In this document: piece by piece, positions 9,939 through 18,881 of the stretch | How the letters are laid out: the number at the start of each line of letters is the position of its first letter | How positions within the stretch are numbered: the stretch's first letter is position 1 | Origin: Polyangiaceae bacterium | Lineage (GTDB): Bacteria; Myxococcota_A; Polyangia; Polyangiales; Polyangiaceae | NCBI GenBank assembly: GCA_044376115.1 | Contig: JBILLK010000020.1 | Location: forward strand, 138,777 to 202,776 | Direction: 5' to 3' | Length of the DNA stretch: 64,000 nucleotides | Notes under the pieces: generated by a model | Databases searched by the model: none | Seen by the model: the letters and a program-made list of their open reading frames with translations, nothing else | What the model was told of the DNA's origin: nothing | Program-made: the position numbers and the translations under genes

Positions 9939-11249
9939 ATGCTGGGCTTTGACTTGGAGACCGTCCTTCGGTCTGATGCTTTTGTGCGCTCAGCCTTGGC
10001 TCTGGCCCTTGTCGTGGTGTCGCTCCACGGTTGCGAAGCTTCACTCGAGGTGGAGCCCGTCGTGGTGCAGACCCGCACGACCCTGCAGCCCAAACCCGCG
10101 GTAGATCCAGCACCTCGCGCCAAGGGGAAGGCCAGCGGAGATGTCAGCGTCAAAGTGCTGCATCACGACGCCTGGACGGGCAGCGTTACCCTGCTCGGCA
10201 TCGATCGCGAGGAGCGCCAAGCGGTCGTTCGCCTCGAAGCGCACGACCCACCGACGTTGTCCTTCGAGACGATCGACCTCACAGGCAAAGGGCGCGTGCG
10301 TTCTTGGTCGACCACCGGCGAACGCGCGCGCGAGGCCATCGGGCATCCCTTTTTCTCCCAGCTTGGCGATGATTTCGCCGCGGACGCTGGCCGCTTCGCG
10401 ACCTTGCTACACAAGCTCGGGCCTTGGCACGCCCGCGGCGCATTGGCGTCCCCCACCTTCGCGGTAGGTCCGCGGCCAGAACGATTTCTGTTTGGAGCCG
10501 CCGCGACCGACGGCTCAAAGGGTGATTGGCTTTTCGGCGCTGCGTTTCCTGGCGCGAGTCGGCGTCTGGATGCAGGTCTGAAGGCAAGCTATCGGCCCGT
10601 GTTCGATCCCACCGGAGAAACCGTAGCCTTCGTCGGATGTCAAACCTCCCCTTGCGACTACGGTCTGTTCCTGACCAACTTTAGAGAGGGCAAGCCGCGC
10701 CGAGTCGCTGGGATCCAAGGGGCCTCTAACCCGCAATGGCACAACGGCTCGGTGTTGACGCTGGGGACCAAAGGCAAGGCGCGCTGTCTCTTCCGTGCCC
10801 CCCAAGGAGCCGGGATGGCGACGGCGCTCGAGTGCCTCGAGGGAGTGGAAGAGGCCGCCTTCACGCAAGATGCAGAAGGAAGAACGGCCGTTCTATCGGG
10901 CACTCGCGGGCGCGCCGGTGAGCAGCGGGTCGACGTGGTTTGGGTGTTGCTCGAAGACGGGTCGGTGCTTGGCGAGCACACGGTGGAGAAAGCCGTGGGG
11001 TCGAGCGTACTCTCGGATTCTGGCTTACTTGCCCTGCCCATGCAGCGAGGCTCGCTGGCGGTGGTGGATTTGGTGACGGGCGTGTCGGCGCAACTGGGCG
11101 AACACGACGGCTGGTTCTTCGGCTTCGACGGCGCTCGCTGGGTTGGAGATTCCTTGGTACTGCTGCGCAAACTGGGCGATCAGCCGGGCTTTGATGTGGT
11201 GAGCGTGGACGCGCGCTCGTTGGCCCAACGCAACAAGCCCTGGCTTTGA
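9939..11249 (+). CDS. Hypothetical lipoprotein, possibly TolB-like beta-propeller
   Basis: Hydrophobic stretch plus LHGC lipobox; PVFDPTGETVAFV and NPQW resemble PD40 repeats; start uncertain (possibly GTG 9984). Confidence 0.6.
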   Translation: MLGFDLETVLRSDAFVRSALALALVVVSLHGCEASLEVEPVVVQTRTTLQPKPAVDPAPRAKGKASGDVSVKVLHHDAWTGSVTLLGIDREERQAVVRLEAHDPPTLSFETIDLTGKGRVRSWSTTGERAREAIGHPFFSQLGDDFAADAGRFATLLHKLGPWHARGALASPTFAVGPRPERFLFGAAATDGSKGDWLFGAAFPGASRRLDAGLKASYRPVFDPTGETVAFVGCQTSPCDYGLFLTNFREGKPRRVAGIQGASNPQWHNGSVLTLGTKGKARCLFRAPQGAGMATALECLEGVEEAAFTQDAEGRTAVLSGTRGRAGEQRVDVVWVLLEDGSVLGEHTVEKAVGSSVLSDSGLLALPMQRGSLAVVDLVTGVSAQLGEHDGWFFGFDGARWVGDSLVLLRKLGDQPGFDVVSVDARSLAQRNKPWL

Positions 11250-11412
11250 AAGCGGCGGTTGAACACCGCTTCTTCGTGCCCATGAGCTCGCCGCCCGAAT
11301 GAAGTTCTCATGGCGGGCGCAAGTCCGCCATGGCAAGGGGGGTTCGGTTTGGGGGAGCTGTGCCGCTGGGGCGCGCTCGATCTTGAACAACTTCACAACC
11401 GCAGGAGTTCTG

Positions 11413-12588
11413 ATGATTCGGTCCGTTGCGCTCTCCAGTCTTTTGCTTACCGGATGCTTCTTCGCGCCCGACGCCCCTCAACCGAGCGGGGCCAAGGCCG
11501 CGACCCCCGCCGGCGTGCCAACGAGTAGCAAGCCTGCCGAGCCTGAGGAGCCGCCCTTCCCCAAGCCGGCCCAGGTGGATGAACACCGCCTTTCAGTTGG
11601 GCTCGAGCGGGTTTGCCTCGTCAAAGGCGATCGTGGCTACTGCGTTGGTACCAACAACAACCTCGAGCTCGGGGACGGAACCACCGAGTCGCGAGGCGCA
11701 GGCACCGAGCCGGGCCAAGGCAAACTCAAGGACGTCTGGCAGATCGCAGCGACCGAGAACGGCCACTCGTGTGCGCTCGCCGGCGGTAAAGCCTGGTGTT
11801 ACGGCAAGTACGGTGTGTCCGAGACGCCGGCCATCCGGCCGGAGGTGAAGAAGGCAACGTGGATGAGCGGCGGCTACGCGAGCTACTGCTTCGTCCACGA
11901 CGGCGGCAAAGTCCAATGCCTCGGCCCCGGGCTCTACAAGGACAAGACCTTCGCGGTCACCGGCATCACCGATGCCGCCCGCATCAGCTGCGACGCCGGA
12001 GTGAGCGGAGAACAGTGCTGCGCAGTGCTCACCTCGGGAAAGGTCGCGTGTTTCGGCGGCGACAACCAGAGCGGCTCGCTGGGTCGTGGGTTCGCCGGGC
12101 CGCCGCCATCCGGTCCCACGCTGAAGGAAGCGGGAGAGGTCGTCGGACTCACTGACGTCGTCGATGTGGCCGGCGGGGATGACGCTTGGTGCGCGGTCAC
12201 CAAGAACAACGAGCTGTGGTGTTGGGGCAACAACAACTTCGACCGATTTGGCGTGAGCGACGACAAATCGAAGCAGTTCTTGCAACCCACCAAGATCGCG
12301 ATCCCTGAGGTGACCGACGTCGCGGTGGGATCGACGTCGATTTGCGCCATTCAAAAGAAGGGCACCATCAGCTGCTTCGGCTTCGGCTCAAGCAGCTATT
12401 TCCCGGCCGGCAAAGGGTATCCCAAGGCCGGGAAGCTGTGGCCGGGAGCCAAGCTCGACACCCCCACCGAGATTGCAACGAGCGGTCGCCTGCTGTGCGT
12501 GCTGGCCGCTGGGGACAAGGTCACCTGCTACGGGGACGGCGCGAAGCTGGGAGTCGCCGACGGCGCACCCAAAGAATTCGCATTTTGA
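11413..12588 (+). CDS. RCC1/BLIP-II-like repeat lipoprotein
   Basis: AGGAG SD before ATG 11413; LTGC lipobox; repeats such as CAVLTSGKVACFG and CAVTKNNELWCWGNN. Confidence 0.85.
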   Translation: MIRSVALSSLLLTGCFFAPDAPQPSGAKAATPAGVPTSSKPAEPEEPPFPKPAQVDEHRLSVGLERVCLVKGDRGYCVGTNNNLELGDGTTESRGAGTEPGQGKLKDVWQIAATENGHSCALAGGKAWCYGKYGVSETPAIRPEVKKATWMSGGYASYCFVHDGGKVQCLGPGLYKDKTFAVTGITDAARISCDAGVSGEQCCAVLTSGKVACFGGDNQSGSLGRGFAGPPPSGPTLKEAGEVVGLTDVVDVAGGDDAWCAVTKNNELWCWGNNNFDRFGVSDDKSKQFLQPTKIAIPEVTDVAVGSTSICAIQKKGTISCFGFGSSSYFPAGKGYPKAGKLWPGAKLDTPTEIATSGRLLCVLAAGDKVTCYGDGAKLGVADGAPKEFAF

Positions 12589-12658
12589 CGTGCGACCTTG
12601 AACTAGCGACGTCTTGAGCGAGAGGAGCGCGGCCAGTCGAAGTGGCCGCCCTCCCAGC

Positions 12659-13606
12659 TCACTTCTTGGCGGCTCCGACCAGCTTCTTTTCGAGCTCGAT
12701 CCAAGGCGTAAGGTCGTCGTCGTAACGGAAGTAGGCCGGGTCAAATTCACGCCCGTTGATCAGCACAAACGGCGTGTGCGTCAGGCCCGCTGCATCGCCC
12801 AGCGCGAGGTCGTCTTCAATCGCCTGCTCGGCCTCTGGGGAGTCCTTGTCGGTTCGATAGCGAGCAATATCAAGCCCAGCCTGCGCAGCGTAGCGCTCCA
12901 GGTCTTGATCCGAGAGAGCGCCCTGGTTTTCGAAGATCAGCTTCTCCATCTCCCAGTAGCGGCCTTGCTTATGGGCGGCGAAGGCAGCGCGAGCCGCGTA
13001 GCGAGCTCGCAGATGTTTGCTGAGGGGGAAGTACTTGTGCACCAAGCGCACGTCCTGAGGAAACTTGTGCTGCAACTCTTCGAGCAGGGGCGTCACGGCC
13101 TTGCACGCTGGGCATTCAAAATCGCTGAACACGACGATCGTGATCGGCGCGGTCTGCGGCCCCAACGCGGGGGAGGTACCGGCGGGCACTTCAACCACGC
13201 TCGAAGGATCAAAGCGTTGCTTCAGCGCCGCTCGCGCGTTGGCCCGGGCCGAGCCCGAATCCACCTTTTCGACCAAGAACTCGAGCGCCGGCTTGCAGGT
13301 CGCACAACCACGTTGCTCCTCGATGCATTGCACGAGCGAAACCGCCTCGTTGGTGCACGGCGCGTAGGACTGCTGGGCGATGTCCCAAACCGCTTGGCGC
13401 TCGCTCTCGTCGAGCTTCTCTTGATCGATGCCCGGCAAGGCCCGCGGAGGACCAGCGCTGGGGATGTCGTCTTTCGCGGGCTTGGCGGACGAGGAGGCCT
13501 GCTCGACGACCTCGGCACGCGACGAAAGGCCCAGCCCGCAGCCCAAAAGAGCGAGTGAAATGGTTGCGGCAAGGAGCGAGAGGGAAGGTTGGAGACGCAA
13601 AGCCAT
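12659..13606 (-). CDS. DsbA-family thioredoxin-fold lipoprotein
   Basis: FSDFECPAC, HKYFPL and HTPFVLING motifs; LLGC lipobox after ATG 13606. Confidence 0.9.
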   Translation of the reverse strand: MALRLQPSLSLLAATISLALLGCGLGLSSRAEVVEQASSSAKPAKDDIPSAGPPRALPGIDQEKLDESERQAVWDIAQQSYAPCTNEAVSLVQCIEEQRGCATCKPALEFLVEKVDSGSARANARAALKQRFDPSSVVEVPAGTSPALGPQTAPITIVVFSDFECPACKAVTPLLEELQHKFPQDVRLVHKYFPLSKHLRARYAARAAFAAHKQGRYWEMEKLIFENQGALSDQDLERYAAQAGLDIARYRTDKDSPEAEQAIEDDLALGDAAGLTHTPFVLINGREFDPAYFRYDDDLTPWIELEKKLVGAAKK

Positions 13607-13690
13607 AGGGGGTCCTGAGCTCAACCGCGGCCGAGCTTTTCGAGAAGGTGGCCTGCCTTTGGCTCCGTGGCAAGATGGCAGCCACAGTCG

Positions 13691-14920
13691 GTGGAAAACG
13701 TTGCTCATGCCCTCGCTGGAATTCTGCTCGCTGAGCTTGCGCTGACGCGCGCCAACAAGAACGAGGCTCCCGAAGATGCGGGCCAGCTGAGGTCGGCCAG
13801 GGTCGCCGTCGTGGTCTCGGCGCTGGCCAACAACGTCCCGGACACCGACCTTCTCTATTCGTGGATAACGCCAGGCCAGCTCGGCTACTTGCTGCATCAC
13901 CGCGGACATACCCACACCTTGCCGATCGCGATGATGCTCGGCTTGCTGGTGGCGGCGATCGCGCTTCGGGTTGCGAAGCCAAGCTCGCATCGCCGGCTCA
14001 TTCTGCTCCTTGGCCTATTCGGGCCGGTGCTGCATCTGATCATGGACGCCTGGAACATCTACGGTGTTCACCCGTTCTGGCCGTTCGATAGTCGCTGGTA
14101 CTACGGGGACAGGATCTTCATCTTGGAGCCGCTGCTCTGGGTCACGGCGATCCCGAGCGTGTTTCGCAATGCTCGCTCACGGATGTTTCGCATCACGCTG
14201 GGTGTGCTCGCGGCCTTCATCGTAGTGGTCCCTTGGTTCGCGCGGTCCTTCATTCCCTGGCCGCTCAGTGCGTTCATCGCCGTCGTGTTTGCGCTTTCGG
14301 TGCTCGTTGCCAGTCGCACCAGCGCGCGGAGTCGCATCGTCTTCGCGTGCGCCGCGTGGCTAAGCGTCTTGGCGGGCTTCTCCATCGCTCGGTTGCGCGC
14401 AGAACAGCTGGTCATGGTCGACCTCTACGCTGAGAACCCTGAGGCCGTCGTGCTCGACGTCGCGCTCACGCCGCTCCCGTCGAATCCCTTCTGCTGGAAC
14501 GTCTACCTAACCATGCTGCCCGAGCCACGCGGCGACGCGTTCGTCGTTCGGCGCGGTAGTGCTGCCCCGTTCGTGCGTGGACTGTGTCCGCGCATTCCCG
14601 GCAGCACGACCGCGCAGCTAGCGGAAGTCGCTGCATCCCCTGAGCACATCGTGTGGGCGGGAGAGGCCAAGCTGTCGCAGGCTCAGCTGCGCTCGTTGGC
14701 GCAGCGCTGCGACGTCGGCGCTGCCATGCAATTTTACCGCACGCCCTTCTGGGTCCAGCGCGAAGACTCGTTGGTGCTGGGAGATCTGCGCTTCGACCGC
14801 ACCGAAGGCGTCGACTTCCCGGAGCTTACGCTGGAACCAAACGCACCAGCGCAATGCCCCAAGTTCGTAACGAACTGGCAGCCTCCCCGGCAGCGCCTGC
14901 TCGAGGACGGTCACGAGTGA
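13691..14920 (+). CDS. Membrane-bound metal-dependent hydrolase (YdjM-like)
   Basis: ENVAHALAG, NVPDTD, HHRGHTHT, HLIMD and YGVHPFWPF motifs; several TM helices; GTG start at 13691. Confidence 0.88.
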   Translation: MENVAHALAGILLAELALTRANKNEAPEDAGQLRSARVAVVVSALANNVPDTDLLYSWITPGQLGYLLHHRGHTHTLPIAMMLGLLVAAIALRVAKPSSHRRLILLLGLFGPVLHLIMDAWNIYGVHPFWPFDSRWYYGDRIFILEPLLWVTAIPSVFRNARSRMFRITLGVLAAFIVVVPWFARSFIPWPLSAFIAVVFALSVLVASRTSARSRIVFACAAWLSVLAGFSIARLRAEQLVMVDLYAENPEAVVLDVALTPLPSNPFCWNVYLTMLPEPRGDAFVVRRGSAAPFVRGLCPRIPGSTTAQLAEVAASPEHIVWAGEAKLSQAQLRSLAQRCDVGAAMQFYRTPFWVQREDSLVLGDLRFDRTEGVDFPELTLEPNAPAQCPKFVTNWQPPRQRLLEDGHE

Positions 14921-17166
14921 GCGCGGCTCTCGGTTGACTTCTCACCGACCGGCAGGAAGAAGCGCAGCGGCGAGCGAAAGAAGCCGTAAACCACGTGGAA
15001 CAACAGCTTGAGCGCCTGCAAGAAAGAAACGTCTCGCGCTCGCATCGCCACACCCAGCGCCAACCCAAAACTGACGACGAGGTTGAGGCTCAGGATACCG
15101 AGGAGGCCGAGCAACGCCGAATGAAACTCTGACGTCGACAAGACCGATACGCCGAGGGCGCGCAACGCGAAGGTGAGCGAACTCGTGCTGATCGTGATGT
15201 GACGGATCTCGACGTTCAAGCCGACGAACTCGCCCAAGATCGGTGTAAAGCCCAGCATCAAGCCGATCGCGAGGTTGCCGCCGATTCCCCCGATATTGCG
15301 TCCGACGAAGCGCCCCGCGCCCCGCATCAACCTGCGACCAAAAAGGCGTCGCCAACGATGTTCCTCGATTGCCTCGGGGAGTCGCCGATACACGGCCCAG
15401 TTCTCGACCCAGCCCGCGGCCAGGCTCGAAAGCCAGAGTATGACGGCGGTCACCACAGCGAACCCCAACGTCCCCGACTGGGTCGGATGCAGCGACGCGA
15501 TGGTCTTGTGCGCGTAGTCCGCCGTGAGGACGTGCTCGCCCCCGGCTGACTGCTCCGTCCACAGCCAATCGAGCGCGAGGCTCGCCGGAATGACGAGGAG
15601 AATGTTGCCGGCCGCCGCCGCGATTTGGGAGCGAACGAGGCGAGCAACGGTGGTCACCAGCTCGCTGGAGTCGGCGGTCTTGTCGCTCAGTGCAAAAGCC
15701 AATGCAGCCGCGGTCATGCTTGGCTGCTTGGTCGCGAGGGTGAACCCAGCCAGTTGCATGAGGATGAAGCTGCCGGCGTAGTTGGCCGAAATCAGGAGGC
15801 CCTCCTGCAACAGTGGCCGATGCAGGTGACCGACGGCGAGCTTCACGACGTTGGTTCCGGCAGCGAGCAATCCGCCTCCGCTCGCGGCGAGGAACATCTT
15901 GGCGAATTCGCCCTTCGAGATGGTGATGTAGTGCTCGCCGGTTTGACCCGCACGCTCGATGATCTTGCGCGCCAGCATGTGGGTGTTGGTCCGGACGATA
16001 TCCAGCAGGCTCAGATCGCGACGGCGGTCATCGAGCAAACGCATCAGCGTGCCCACGCTCCGAGCCGCAAGCTCCTCGCTCGCCTGCGGGACGAGCACGC
16101 TCAGCAACAGCTCCAATCGATTGAGGCTGCGCTCGATCAACTCGAGCCGGTAAACAACGTCGACGCTGACCCCAGCTGCCTCGAGTCGCGATTGCACCTC
16201 TTGCTGCGTCAGCCGACAGCTCGTCACCAGCTCGCGAACGTGTTCGACCCACGAGGCGATCTCCTCGGCCTCGCGCCGTGGTGTCGCTAGCAACGCGTCG
16301 ATCACCCGCGGCAGCCGAAAGAACGGCGATTCTTGCAGCGTCTTGAGATCGGTCCGCGAGCGAATCACATCCGAGAGCCCAGCCGCAGAAACCCGTGACG
16401 CAAGCAGCAGCGTTGCCTCGAGTACGGCGACGCGAAGGGGCAAATACGCGCTCGCCACCCGACTGCTCGAGGGCAGACTCGCGCGCGGGTCGGGAAGGGA
16501 CGGCAGCTCACCGAGCGCCAGATCGGCAGCAGACAGCTGCCTGCTGCTGAGCGGAGTCGGTGCTGCAATGAACTCTGGCGTCCTCGTGAGTTCGATCAGA
16601 TTCACCAGCAAAGACGGTGGAACCCGAGCGAGCCAGGCCCAGTCCGCGTGTTTTGGAAACAGCCGCTCCACAAGCTGGATCAGGTCCTGTTCGTCGATCG
16701 GTTGCGGCAGCAGCCGGCGGGACAAGCGATCGATCGTCTCCGAGAACAGCCCACTATCGCCGGGTATCCCAAGCCGTGCGAACAGCGCTTGACCCGTGAG
16801 CTCACCGAGTACCGCGCGCAGCAGTTTGGAGAGCCGTGCGCGGAAGGACCCGAACAACCAGAGCGAGTGACAGAGGAAGCGCAGGCGTCGCAGCGCCGGG
16901 GGTTCACCCGAAGCCTCGGCCCAAAGTGCGGGCACCTCACCGCCACGACGCACCCAGTGACTGAGATCGACGAGGCGTGCCTCTCGTTCGAACAGCTCCG
17001 CCTTCGGGTCGATAGCGGCCAACAAGCCGTACAAGCGGCTCGCGCTGTGCGACGCCCCCCCGCTGGCAGCACCGTACGCAAAAACCCCCCAAGATCTGGG
17101 ATCGCGTCGGTCGCCACTGGGCCTGAATCGGTGGCGAGGGACATTACGCTGGCAAGCTAACGGCAT
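14911..17166 (-). CDS. Polytopic membrane protein of the family annotated 'site-specific recombinase' (Gcr-like)
   Basis: TGEHYIT, ASGGG, TLATKQPSMTA, EIRHIT and NLVVSF motifs; multiple C-terminal TMs; start uncertain (ATG 17166 avoids overlap with the divergent gene). Confidence 0.82.
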   Translation of the reverse strand: MPLACQRNVPRHRFRPSGDRRDPRSWGVFAYGAASGGASHSASRLYGLLAAIDPKAELFEREARLVDLSHWVRRGGEVPALWAEASGEPPALRRLRFLCHSLWLFGSFRARLSKLLRAVLGELTGQALFARLGIPGDSGLFSETIDRLSRRLLPQPIDEQDLIQLVERLFPKHADWAWLARVPPSLLVNLIELTRTPEFIAAPTPLSSRQLSAADLALGELPSLPDPRASLPSSSRVASAYLPLRVAVLEATLLLASRVSAAGLSDVIRSRTDLKTLQESPFFRLPRVIDALLATPRREAEEIASWVEHVRELVTSCRLTQQEVQSRLEAAGVSVDVVYRLELIERSLNRLELLLSVLVPQASEELAARSVGTLMRLLDDRRRDLSLLDIVRTNTHMLARKIIERAGQTGEHYITISKGEFAKMFLAASGGGLLAAGTNVVKLAVGHLHRPLLQEGLLISANYAGSFILMQLAGFTLATKQPSMTAAALAFALSDKTADSSELVTTVARLVRSQIAAAAGNILLVIPASLALDWLWTEQSAGGEHVLTADYAHKTIASLHPTQSGTLGFAVVTAVILWLSSLAAGWVENWAVYRRLPEAIEEHRWRRLFGRRLMRGAGRFVGRNIGGIGGNLAIGLMLGFTPILGEFVGLNVEIRHITISTSSLTFALRALGVSVLSTSEFHSALLGLLGILSLNLVVSFGLALGVAMRARDVSFLQALKLLFHVVYGFFRSPLRFFLPVGEKSTESRAHS

Positions 17167-17204
17167 CCGCTCGGACGAGCTACGTGTGCTAAGACGCAGC
17201 GACG

Positions 17205-18881
17205 ATGTCGAGAGAGGATCGCAAAGGGTTCGTCTCGGAGAGACCACTCTTGGGGATGAGCGGATGGACCGCGTGTCTTGCGCTGAGCGTCGCACTAGGC
17301 GTGGCAGGCGCGTGCAGCACAGGCACCACGTCGAGCGGTGCTCCGTCGAGCGCCACCCCCAAGGCCGCGGAGGCCAAGCCTTCGTTGCGCCTCTACCTAC
17401 TCTCCAACGTCGCTGGGGCCTTGGAGCCATGCGGCTGCTCGAAAGATCAACTCGGTGGCGCGAGCCATTTTGCGAGCCTCTTCGAGTCTGAAAAAGGTGC
17501 CGCCCAGACCAGCCTCATCATCGGCGCAGGGCCGCTGTTTTTCCAAGACCCCAAGTCCTCGCCGAAGAAGGCCACCCAAGATCTTTGGAAGGCGGAGGCG
17601 CTAGCCAAAGGCGCTGCCAAGCTGGGCGTGCTCGCGTGGACCCCCGGCGCCAATGACTTTGGTGCTGGAGAGGCGGTGTTCAAGCAGCTCGCCGAGAGTT
17701 CGAAGGTGAGCTTCCTTGCAGCGAACGGTCCTGGAACTGGGCCGTTACAAAAGAGCCGCTTGCTCGAGGTCGACGGCGTCAAAGTTGGTTTCACCGGGGT
17801 GTTGGATGCGAAGGTCGCAGCAAGCACCGGTGGCCCGCTTTCGGCTCCGGTCGAAGCGCTGCGCAACGAGGTTCAGGCGCTGCGCACGCAGGGGGCCCGG
17901 GTCGTGATTGTGATGGCCGTCATGCCGCGGGGGGAGGCCTTGAGGCTCACCGACGAGATCAAAGACATCGACGTCATGCTGCTCGGCAAGCCCTCTGAAA
18001 AGGGTGAGGCCAACGACGCACCGCGCGCCCCCGTGATCACCGGGTCGACCCTCGTGGTCGAACTTTCCAACCACTTGCAGACGACCGCCCGGCTCGATCT
18101 CCATTTCAAAGAGCAAGCGGACGGGAGCGGTCGCATCGTCCTCGCGGACGGTGGAGGCTTGGCGCGGGCCGAGCAATTGCTCGGTATCAACCAGCAGATC
18201 CGCGACCTGGAAGCCCGCATCAACGGCTGGGAGAAGTCAAAAGGCGTGCGCGCCGACGACCTTTCGGCCCGCAAGAAAGATCTCGAGCGCTTGCGCACCG
18301 AGCGCGCGACCTTGGAAGGGCAGACCCCAGAAGCCCCTGCTGGGAGCTTCTTCCAGTACAGCCTCGTGGAGGTTCGAGAGAAGCTGGGCAAGGAGCCTGG
18401 GCTCGAAGAAGTGGCGCTCGGTTACTACAAACGCGTGAACGACCACAATCGCGAGGCGTTCAAGGGTGTAATGCCGCCCGAGGCCGGTGATGGTGCGGCG
18501 TACCTCGGCGTGGAGGCCTGCTCGAGTTGTCACGCGGAAGAGCGAGCCGTGTGGGATAAGACCAGCCACGCGAAGGCCTACGCCACGCTCGAGAAAAAGT
18601 TTGTGGAGTTCAATCTCGATTGTGTCGCCTGCCACGTCACCGGCTACGAAAAGCCGGGCGGAAGCACGGTAACGTTCGTCGACTCATTCAAGAACGTCCA
18701 GTGCGAGACCTGTCACGGGCCAGGGAGCCTCCACGCGAAGGAGCCCAAGAACAAGGCCCTCATTCAAACCAAACCGGATCCCAAGAGCTGCGTCTCTGAG
18801 TGCCACCATCCCCCCCATGTCGAAGCCTTCGACGCCACCGCGAAGATGACATCCATCCTCGGACCAGGACACGGACTCTGA
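17205..18881 (+). CDS. Exported 5'-nucleotidase-like (degenerate metallophosphoesterase) / multiheme cytochrome c554-like fusion
   Basis: AGAC lipobox; GALEPCGC...GG; C-terminal CSSCH, CVACH, CETCH and CVSECH heme motifs. Confidence 0.85.
   Translation: MSREDRKGFVSERPLLGMSGWTACLALSVALGVAGACSTGTTSSGAPSSATPKAAEAKPSLRLYLLSNVAGALEPCGCSKDQLGGASHFASLFESEKGAAQTSLIIGAGPLFFQDPKSSPKKATQDLWKAEALAKGAAKLGVLAWTPGANDFGAGEAVFKQLAESSKVSFLAANGPGTGPLQKSRLLEVDGVKVGFTGVLDAKVAASTGGPLSAPVEALRNEVQALRTQGARVVIVMAVMPRGEALRLTDEIKDIDVMLLGKPSEKGEANDAPRAPVITGSTLVVELSNHLQTTARLDLHFKEQADGSGRIVLADGGGLARAEQLLGINQQIRDLEARINGWEKSKGVRADDLSARKKDLERLRTERATLEGQTPEAPAGSFFQYSLVEVREKLGKEPGLEEVALGYYKRVNDHNREAFKGVMPPEAGDGAAYLGVEACSSCHAEERAVWDKTSHAKAYATLEKKFVEFNLDCVACHVTGYEKPGGSTVTFVDSFKNVQCETCHGPGSLHAKEPKNKALIQTKPDPKSCVSECHHPPHVEAFDATAKMTSILGPGHGL

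Noticed and set aside
11249..11275. Terminator after the 9939-11249 gene
   Set aside because: Only a 6-bp stem (AAGCGG/CCGCTT) and no clear U-tract.
14911..17430. Mobile element or invertible locus suggested by the recombinase-family name
   Set aside because: No catalytic motifs, att sites or inverted repeats seen; the N-terminal extension to 17430 overlaps the divergent gene.
17420..17445. Possible selenocysteine codon in the EPCGC motif
   Set aside because: Both Cys codons are TGC; there is no in-frame TGA.
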